Source of the DNA: Raillietiella orientalis
Lineage: Eukaryota
Length of the DNA: 64,000 bases
Assembly: GCA_036172245.1 (NCBI GenBank)
Contig: JAYWIR010000008.1
Coordinates: 3,038,001 to 3,102,000, forward strand
Direction: 5' to 3'
The position numbers and the translations under genes are program-made. Below, one piece after another: positions 52,800 to 64,000 of this stretch; position 1 is the first letter of the stretch, and each line of letters opens with the position of its first letter. The notes under the pieces are model-generated. The model worked only from the letters and a program-made list of their open reading frames with translations, did not search any database and was not told the DNA's origin.

Positions 52800-54360
52800 G
52801 TACTGTACTCCTAAATTTTTCCACTCCAAAATTGTCCTAAGAAAAAAGTTTGCTGCTTTTTGCATTTTGCTGCGATCATGCCGAAAGAATTGAGGAAAGC
52901 TACATTCTTCTAGGTTAATAAAGCATCCCCTTAATGAAATCTGTGAAAATAGGTTAATTTCAGGAAGTTTACTAATGAACCTTTCAAACATTAGCCTCTG
53001 GTCAAAGCAACATCGCGAACTACGTGCTCTAACTATGGAAGAATAAGGACTCCATAAGGACTTTCTTTCTGAACCTTGTTTACTACTAAAAGCTCAGGGT
53101 GTACAAGATGATGGAATGAATCTTCCTCAGCGTTAAGATCCGACAATACATGAAGAAATTCCTGAGCCTCACTAGTAGGGCTGCTAAGAAGTCCCTGTAC
53201 TCCGGTCGACTCAGAAGATATCTTGGTCTTCTCAACCTCCCAGAGTCAATAAGTTTGAGATCCACAGCTGCCTCAGCTATCAGCATCGCCAATCTGGAGG
53301 TCAAAAACCATATTCGAGACACACTTCTCGTAATGGCGTAGAAAAGAACTCAGATGGCATCATGGATGACAATTTATGAAAATTCTCAAGCATAGTCGCT
53401 GTCGAATCCATCTAGTCCATCAGCGATATGAAAGAATTTGTGTATAGTAAGATGTCAAGTTTGCAGGCTCATTCAAGTAGCCTGAATCTCTGACGACGGA
53501 AAACTGAGGATTACTTCGACCGGAACATGAGAACGGAAGCTTAATGTTAAGCTTTGTATGCTACAACGCAGGAAAGTATGGAATGCTTCAAAGTAAAACA
53601 CTGATTAAGGGAAATCCACGTCCTGTGTTGGTCAGCATCATGCCTCTAGTCAATTCCTTTAGAACCAGAACAACCGAAACAATATGCACTTCGTGAAGCA
53701 CTGATCGTGCATTCAGTTCTAATTAACTTAATGCGAATATTGGTCACATCCATTGGTGATTCTTCTGTAGGAGGTGACTTTGGGCAAGTTTTCCCAACGC
53801 GTTATCAACCACTGCGTACAGGCTTCATGATTCCCAGACGGCACAACGAGCTGGTGGACAAGCTAAAAAAGATGACTGGAGACCATAGGGAGTTACTCGT
53901 TTACAACCAACCAACTCCTGGGGTTAACTACTACCGTTTACTCGACCTGGTGCTGCAAAGTGAGGAATAAGTATTTATAGCGTATCCAGCCCCTCTACTA
54001 ACACTCCAACGTCTCTAAAGGACTCCAGGAAGAGAAAAGAGAGCAAGCACCGGGTTATGATTCTGTACTTCGCCTCGAGAGTGCTCTCCTAGGTGCAAGT
54101 CTTTGTACTGTGATTTCACAGTGCCTGGGATCCAGCAAATGACTTGATGGAGAAAGAACCAAAAATATTATGAAGGTGAACAGAACATCTTAGAAACGAA
54201 ATGGAGAACTGAAACATCTATCATTCTCGGGGAATTCACTGGAGACAGCGACTGAATCACCGTACGCAATGCTGCAACAGCACAGACTAAAGAAAGAAGA
54301 CAATAAGTGTGGAGATGGCAGAGAAATTCCCCTGCATTCATTTATTCCACATTGGTCGTC
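52800..54360 (+). pseudogene. Degenerate intronless coding-like block, candidate endogenous negative-strand RNA virus element
   Basis: Visibly higher GC and CpG than its AT-rich flanks, with stop-interrupted protein-like frames on +. One example is FLNLVYY*KLRVYKMME*...FLSLTSRAAKKSLYSGRLRRYLGLLNLPESISLRST; there is also an open frame at 53650-53970. The viral identity is an inference from remembered nucleoprotein patterns. Confidence 0.3.
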
Positions 54361-55353
54361 CTTTGTAAACATTGTTAATCATACAAAAAGCATAGAAGTC
54401 TAAATTTTTTGAAACGAAATTTGTCGGAAACATGTAATGCTCTCCACATTAGCAGGATAAGACGAGATAATACCTAATAAATGTTGTATCATTTTATATT
54501 TTCTGTAGACTGTAAAAAGTGTACCTGTTTCAAATTTCTGCTTTCTGAAATTAGGAGACAACAGAGGAGAAATTCTTGAAATCATCTATGATAGAAGTAA
54601 TTAAAGGAATTCATCCTATCAAATTAAGTGATACAAACCATAAAAGATCACAAGCAGAAAGTAGATGTAGTAATTATATTTGAAAGTCATGTGTTAAAAA
54701 AAAATTGCATGTTGGAAGCCAGATTAAGTTTCAGAGAACTCAAGAAGATTAAACAGTGAATACTAAAGCATTATTAAGTAGGGAACAAAATAGTGGCTTG
54801 TTCATAGACATTTCAAAAAAACGTCTTTATCACAACCTTAAAACTCAAATTAAAGGATTTCTTAATTCCATTTGAAATTTTATAATTGTTTCCATCCCAT
54901 ATATATTGAAACAAATGTGATTCAGATGATTTAAAAATGTAATCCTAACAAATCAATTATTCTGTTGCTTGTTGCTAATTAATATCAATAACTAACATTT
55001 TTCAGTCATTTTGGATTAGTATTGTGACATGGCATTCAACGAATAAATTCTGACATCCTCGTCCCTAATTATACATATATAGATAAATTTAAAATTAATA
55101 AATGTAGGATAAATGCAATTTTGTAAACAGAAGTAAAGAAACTGCAAATGAAATAAAATATAAAATTGTGAAATAGCAAAGCAAGTACCGGAAGCCGAAA
55201 TATTGGCATGCTTGCGTTTCGTATATCTTTGAAGTCGTGCTACTTGCGTTCTGTGTGAGCACACGTGTAGATCAAAATTTCGATTTAATTTCTGTAAAAC
55301 GATTATCACACGATCATTGTATACATTTCCGCACATTGCGAATACAGTCTGCA

Positions 55354-57325
55354 ATGGGAAAGATGAAAAAAAAGGTATGGTGTGTTTACCACAAGATTAT
55401 AATTATACTATCATGGTTCCTACATTGATTTGTTGAAGATGTTTCAGTTTCTTTTCTTTCTCTTTTAATTTTAATTAGTGAATACGTTGCAAATGGTCAC
55501 TGAGATCTTGTTTTAGGGAGAATCTGGACAGTCAAGTTTGTACATGTCAAGAAACCAAGCTTTAAGAAAGTTGCAGCTAACTTTGAAAGATTTTAGAAGG
55601 TTATGTATTCTCAAAGGGATTTATCCGCGAGAGCCCAAAAATAGGAAAAAAGCCCAGAAAGGTTCAACAGAACGTAAAACACTTTATTTTAAAAAGGATA
55701 TTAAATTTCTTATGCATGAACCTATAATTTGGAAGTTCCGTGAACTGAAGGTAGGTGGTCGTAATGAAGCATTTATTGGTATTTAAACAGGTTTTTATGA
55801 GAAAAGTTGCAAAAGCATTGGGTAAAAATGAACAAGATATAATGAAGAGGCTTAAAGATAACAAACCTCGCTATCAGTTGGATCATATTGTAAGAGAAAG
55901 GTGAATAAGTGTAATTTCAGCAGTCTTGTATTGGGAAATTATTGTAGGTACCCAACAATAGTCGATGCAATTAGGGATTTAGATGATGCGTTGAGTATGT
56001 GTTTCCTGTATGCTACATTTCCCAAGTGTGTTCCACAGCACACCAATTTAGTTCATTTGAGCCACAGATTATCAATTGAGTTTATGCATTATGTCATTAG
56101 AGCTCATGCATTATGTAAAGTATTCGTTTCCATCAAAGGAATTTACTATCAAGCTGAAATCATGGGACAACTTGTGACCTGGATAACACCCCATCAGTTT
56201 GCATTTCATGTGAGGAAAAGTTATGTTTTCCATTAATTGTTCTTATTAGCATCCAAGTGATGTGGATTTCAAAATCATGTCTACATTCACTGAGTTTTAT
56301 ACTACAATGTTGGGATTTGTCAATTTTCACCTGTATCATCACTTAAATCTTTATTATCCGCCACGACTACAATTGCCACCTCCCAATGAAGAGCCCTCTG
56401 TTGAGATGGATGATCGTATTGTTGCCTTGAATTCTCCAATTTTGGGAATTGCAACTCATGTACAGGAGGATGAGGATGGTTTGGATGATTTTCCAGATGT
56501 AAGTTCTTAAAGCTAAATTAATGTTTAAGGCTAACATATATGTAGTCTGAGTGTGCTGAGCAATTACGTAAGCAAAAACTGGAACGATTGCAACTTAAAA
56601 GTTTATTTTCTGGTTTAAAATTTTTTCTCAACAGAGAGGTTCCTAGAGAGTCTTTAGTATTTGTCATCCGCTGCTGTGATGGACAAGTATCTTGGGACAG
56701 CAGTGTTCAAAGTGGTGCCACATATGATGAAAAAGATGAGAGCATCACTCATCAAATTGTGGATCGGCCTTATTGTGATAAAATGTATCTCTCCCGATAT
56801 TATGTGCAACCACAGTGGATATATGATAGTTTCAATGCAAGAAAATTGCTCCCTGTGGAGAAGTATTTTTTGGGTGCTGTGCTGCCACCTCATTTCTCAC
56901 CATTTGTTGAAAAAGAAAATAGCATGCCTTTGGACTCTGATTTAATGGATGACATGTTACAGCATCCCAGTGATAAGGATGCAGTAGAAGTGATTCACAA
57001 TTCTCATACTACTAAATCCAATCTCACTTTACATTCAGAATCTAAAAACAGAAGCAAAAAAAATGTATCTTCTGAAGATGCAGAGGGACCATTATCTAAA
57101 ATGTTTGTAGTCAGCAATGAATACATCAGACCCAATGAACAGAAAGAAAAGGCTCAGTTATCTGCTGAAGAGTTTCGTCTAAGAGAGATGCTTATCAAGA
57201 AGAAACACCGACATTTATACAAGCGTATGATGCTCACCAAGCGTTACAAAGAGCGACAAGCACGCTTGTTACTACGTAAACGAATGCGTATACAAAAAAA
57301 CCGGGAAAAGCCAATAAAAGGATGA
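55354..57325 (+). CDS. PES1: Pescadillo homolog (PeBoW complex, ribosome biogenesis, BRCT domain), 6 exons, ~551 aa
   Basis: Exons 55354-55374, 55517-55750, 55791-55900, 55948-56209, 56250-56498, 56546-57325 (1656 nt). Motifs: [98 protein letters not shown]...[12 protein letters not shown], and LPPHFSPF. Confidence 0.96.
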
Positions 57326-57462
57326 GCTGAACAGTGCACATATGTTTGTATTCCATGAACATGGAAACGTCCCGATGTTTGGATGTGCAAATGAACCTCT
57401 GATGGAGCAAATAGCAAGTTCGAGTGGAATGTCAGTTGAGGATTATGAGCAAATCTAGATGT

Positions 57463-59335
<1,873 letters not shown>

Positions 59336-61279
59336 CTTGATATGATGAGAACTTTGTGATTTACTGAATATAAGACTTCATCATGTCATTTTTAATAATA
59401 TTTTCATTACAAGGAAACGTTCACCGAGCACGCAAACTCGCCCATACGGACAAAGTGATACCTAACAAACATCAATACAAACACACACATTCAGATCAAA
59501 TCTTGCCAGAATCAAAACAGCAATTACCGATTACATTATTCATAAAACAAAAATAAGAGAGAACAAAACAACATTTTCAAATTATATGACTCAAGGAAAT
59601 TATATAAAATTTTGAGGACGTTAACCAAAACCATTTATGAATTACTTTCAAAAGCATGAAGTATTACATAATACATTGTTTTATTTTTCATGGACTAAAA
59701 TGAGGATGATTCAGGATAAAAGCATAAATTATCAAGAAATCCCTTTCCAAAAGGAACAGTATAGAGGTGAACACATAAGTTTTCTTATTTGTTCCAAAAT
59801 ACCTATCTTATTATCTCATCTACTGATAATGCCAAAAATTATATTTCTATATTCTATCATTTATTCAGGATCTCTGTAGATGGTATATGATTTTATGTAA
59901 TTAAATCTAATCGTAATTGGTGAACGGAAATCAAGAAAATGTCGGCCTATAAACAAGTTTTTGCTGTCAATCTGATGCAGACATCAAGATGAACTCAAGA
60001 TACTTAATGATATATTTTATTCTCATTTATTCTCAACATGATAATCGTTCCTGAATTGTGTGTTACCTGATACTACATTTGATTGCTTTTTCGCACTCCT
60101 TTCCTATCTTCCATCAAATCCTTCACTTTTCAGTTTTTTGTCACACATGAACACAAATCCACTTTCGTTAACCCCACTTGTCATGTTTCAAGTTTGAGGA
60201 AGACATTTTGCAATTAAAACAAATTTAATCATTAACCTGCAATTGATAATATATCCACAAAATGTGAAACCGTAATGTAAAATCTTGATGTTCTTTTTTC
60301 GAGAGCTTCAAGGTCCTACACAAACACCTGCTAATTCTGTGCTACTAAACAAAACTCGACATGGTGAAAGTGATTTGACGAGTCGAATGTGAATTCGATT
60401 CATCAAATCACTTTCATCCCGATCAAGAATTTGTAAATGTCTATGTTTTTTTTTTTTTTTTCTTGTAGAATAGAATGAAGTGTGCATGTTATGGCAGAGC
60501 CTTCAAGGAACGGCAGTTTGCTCAGTGTGCATTTCTGAAATGATAGATAGTTCGATCCTGTTCCAGAATCTACGCTTTTGCGATTCCTTGTTCTGTTTCT
60601 GGAACTAGGAAACCATTTGAAGGTAAGAACAATCATCTGAATGGATCAAAAACAAATAGCAGCTATGAAATTGCTGATAACAGGAAGAGTTTACATTACA
60701 ATTCTAGCTCGATACTCTTTACCTCATCGCATAAAAGGAGCGCATAGACGAGAAAATGCTTCCTAATCTGCCTTAAACATTTTGAAAATGAGGAAAGGGG
60801 TTAAACGGAGAAAAGATCTCACGTTTCTTCGAACTGACTGTGAATAATCTGTAATCTTTGTTTGAGAAATTCTGATCCCATGAGACTGTTCGGTCACGAT
60901 TTCATTTTTAAAGCGAGGATCGCGTAATTAACGAGATGGAAAACTAAGGCCTATTCCAGCCCTCAAGATTTTCAGCCTTGAAGGATCGGTAATAAGAGAA
61001 TTGAGCTTGCTGAATTAGCGAAACGGGTAGAAGAAGAACGAACATCGGGCCAGGGCTGGTTCATCGAAAAGTCATCGGGCCTGAGGTGCGAGGCCCGCTT
61101 TGCGCAATTTCCCTCCCACTCGCGACACGCGAGGTTCGGACACGATGCACTCACATTTGCCTGCCGCGCCTGTTGCATCCTCTTGCTTTCGATCGGCGGT
61201 TGGGAGCAGACTGGTGGGAACGAAGGGAGCAGCAGCAGCAGCCACGCACTCCACCTTCTTATTGGAGGACGAACCGGGG

Positions 61280-62400
61280 ATCTATTTCGTGACCATCATC
61301 ATTTCCTCATTCCTCACGAGCGAAGAGTGGAGTCGAGGCGGCTCCTCTCCAGACTCAGAAGACAGGTTTTGCTCGACGACACGAAAAGTAACGACCAGGA
61401 ACGATCTGAAAAGCTGACAGCTGCAGTTCTGCACAGTCGATGCTGACGGTAGGAGCAGACAAGTTTGCTACATGACTGGCATCAACATGTGTTAGTGCCC
61501 GTGTGTAGTCGTACGCACGATAGGTGGGTTCATCAGGCATGTTCTCAAACAAATGAAAAGCCCTGGCTGCAACACCCTGAAATGCCTTCCGAATTCCCAC
61601 TGATTGAAACTGCCTACTCAAAATGCTACAGGGTGAGCTACTCGAAACAGACCCGTCTGAAGCCTCGCTACGTTTTACCGCAAAGCCAGTTGGGCCGGTT
61701 TCAAGCCTCTTGCTCCGTTTTTGCATCGTTGGTCGCTCATGCTGACGTCACACTAAGAAAGCAGACTTGAAGCAGGTCGTTTTTACGTGGCTCATCCCAT
61801 AGATGGACCAATTTTCCCTAGAATCTCTGGTGCTGATTGCAAGGGTTGTCGGCGCTGGTTCGATAAGTGCCTGTCGTGAATCATCCGTTGGGGACGCTGA
61901 TACGCAAGAGACAGATTGATGAACATTCCAGACTTGCTTCCTGGATCCACCCTTCATTCCCTCTTGGGAATACGTGACCGAAAAATTTCCTAAACATATC
62001 TGCAAACTCACCTCGAGGCAGCAGAATGTTTACACAGCGCATAGTAAAACTGGTCGCACAATCTATGTTTACGGTGTTTGAAGTAACATTGGATCAAATT
62101 TGCTCCTGCTCTCGTCTGATCTACAAATGAGTTGATGAGGAAGAATGACGATGCCTTGAACTATGAGGTAGGTAAGATGGTCAATGAGCCAGGCTTCATG
62201 TTAGGATGAAGAATCAGGACATTTTCGATCTCTCCGAAACGATTCTTCTTTGGGCTATCCGATGCAACGCACGGCTTCAACACTGGACCAGGAGAAGTGT
62301 GGCTCCAGACTGTGCCAGGTGTAGTGAAAGGGAAACTTTTCCGCATCTGTTATTCGAGTGCGTTGTCCTCGGTTGGCCACGTCTCTGAACCTCCCAAGAA
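61280..62400 (+). mobile_element. Decayed non-LTR retrotransposon ORF2 C-terminal region (L1/Tx1-like CCHC zinc finger)
   Basis: DCARCSERETFPHLLFEC at ~62308-62361 matches the C-x2-C...ET..HL.F.C motif at the end of L1/Tx1-type ORF2. Upstream fragments SRGGSSPD and RWVHQ...KPW loosely resemble the post-RT region. Boundaries are uncertain. Confidence 0.5.
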
Positions 62401-63813
62401 ATCAATCGAAGGACGTGCTAAGACGCCTCGTGTGGAGCAATGTTGTCTGAGACAGCGTTCGCAGCTTTTTGTGCTGCTTCCGTGGAGCTGTGGCAGCAAT
62501 AAGCCACAGAGAAAGAGGCCAGAGGATCAGAGATGCAATGTTGAACGTGGTCTCCTCCCACTTATTACTCCCTGTGCATGCCCTTCTCGGCAAACTGTTG
62601 GCGAGTAGCAAAGCTTCCAAGACAGCTACCGATGTAGTGGGATTGAGACCCCTCCGCGAAGAAAGGACCTGGCGATGTCATGCTACATTTCTTGTAAATT
62701 ACATACTCTCTTATAGTTAGAATCCCAGGGGTGATAGGGTAAAAATACATGTGAATTTTTCTGAAGAAGATGTTTATTGGGGCGGAGCTCTAAGATGCAC
62801 GCAAGTAGTGCAGAAAATTGGGCAGGGGACCAAGACGTTCCAGGAACTCTATCAGAAGCTCCTGAGTGACGCAGTCGGAAGCCTTCTGGAGACCGATGGC
62901 GACCTTCAGGTCTCCAGATCTGTTTCCTTTGGATGTGGATTCCCTTGCTAATGCTAGAAGGCACCGTGGTGAAACGTCGGTCGCACCCTCCGTCCCCAGG
63001 TCACCGAATGGAGCAGCAGGCTGGGCAACTGCGTCTCAGCAAACACCTCGAAAACCCTTCGGCGTTGTCCTCCCTAGCGCGCATCCCAGCAGGGAAGGGA
63101 GCAGCGGCAATTCCCCCTACCACCAGATGAGCTGTTCCGGGGCCGAGGGCATACAGCCACCGCTCCGCCAATACGTGGGCAAAGCGAACTCGTCTGCCCA
63201 CTCTGGAGGTGGGTCTGAAGGGGTTCGTCAGAGTGGGCCGGAGAAGCCGCCATCGGCCCAGACCCACTTGGACGGCCTCGTCAAACGCGTAGGAGGGAGG
63301 TGACGCGCGCCTCTGATGGAGCAGCACACCGCCCGCGGGGCGGGGAACACCTGGAACAGGACCAGCTCTTGCTGGAGCACGACGGTGCCGACCCGGTCTC
63401 TCGGGCGCTCTATGGCGACCTGGCTTCCCGAGCCCGTGGTTCGGGTTGGCGGGGGCTTCCGGAAGCTGAGTCCACGCGTACCCCGGCTCGGCCTCGGGCC
63501 TCGGCTTCGCAGCGCCGGCCGAGGTGCACACCCCAGTCGGCGCAGCGGGCCGAGGCTTCCTGAGTGCCTCTAGCCCTCGTGACACGATCGCCTGACCCTC
63601 CTCGCCCTGACCGCCGCCTATAGTGCGAGCCCATCTTCCAAGTCTTCGGACTCCTTGGTCTCTGGCTTTTCCCACCTCTTGGCGTACCTCCTGGTGGAGG
63701 AGTGGCCTTGGCCTTCTGCTGCACCCATTGCATCGAGCCGAAGCCGCGGCAGCACTTCAAGGCCACAGGGACTGTGCCGGGGCAGGGGCAGGCAGAAGCC
63801 GTCAAACAGCGGT

Positions 63814-63933
63814 TGCTCCGTATGCTACGGGAACACTCGAAATCTCATCATGCCGCAGTGCGGCTACATATTCTGCTTGCAGAGGTGGCTGGAGATGCGG
63901 GGGTCGGACCACCGGACTTGCCCAGTCTACCGC
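63814..63933 (+). pseudogene. Degenerate C3HC4 RING finger coding sequence
   Basis: The frame is open from 63583 to the window end and reads CSVCYGNTRNLIMPQCGYIFCLQRWLEMRGSDHRTCPVYR. RING spacing is retained, but the His ligand and the last Cys are Tyr and one Cys is missing. Confidence 0.6.
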
Positions 63934-64000
63934 ACGTCCATCGACGAAGTACCGTCTGCCTGTCTGAAGAGCCACTCGTTGCGAGGGGGACAGCGAACGG

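Noticed and set aside
62751..62951. KIGQGT resembling a kinase glycine loop
   Set aside because: No downstream VAIK, HRD or DFG motifs.
63300..63430. LLLEHDGADP resembling an ankyrin repeat end
   Set aside because: A single short match, with no TPLH motif or repeat periodicity.

Overview
Eukaryotic genomic DNA from a bilaterian invertebrate; the species cannot be identified from the sequence. The window has sharply different compartments. About 1-41 kb is GC- and CpG-rich and full of low-complexity tracts. It holds one recognisable gene, a five-exon LIM-homeobox gene of the Lhx1/5 (Lim1/lin-11) class on the minus strand (21167-30610), plus several heavily eroded transposon relics (hAT, LINE, THAP/P-like). 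About 41-61 kb is AT-rich and visibly CpG-poor. It packs four housekeeping genes with mostly 38-59 bp introns: a SEPT2-group septin (+), PTIP/PAXIP1 (-), pescadillo (+) and an ERK MAP kinase (-). GC rises again after about 61 kb, where there is a non-LTR retrotransposon relic and a degenerate RING finger. The most notable observations are a U12-type (minor spliceosome) intron in PTIP, a 34-bp palindromic spacer carrying AATAAA on both strands between the convergent septin and PTIP stops, and a possible endogenous negative-strand RNA virus fragment between PTIP and pescadillo. Nearly all long ORFs listed in the GC-rich half are compositional artefacts. Gene models were built by hand from translations and splice-phase matching. 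Transposon and viral calls rest on remembered motif patterns, not database searches.
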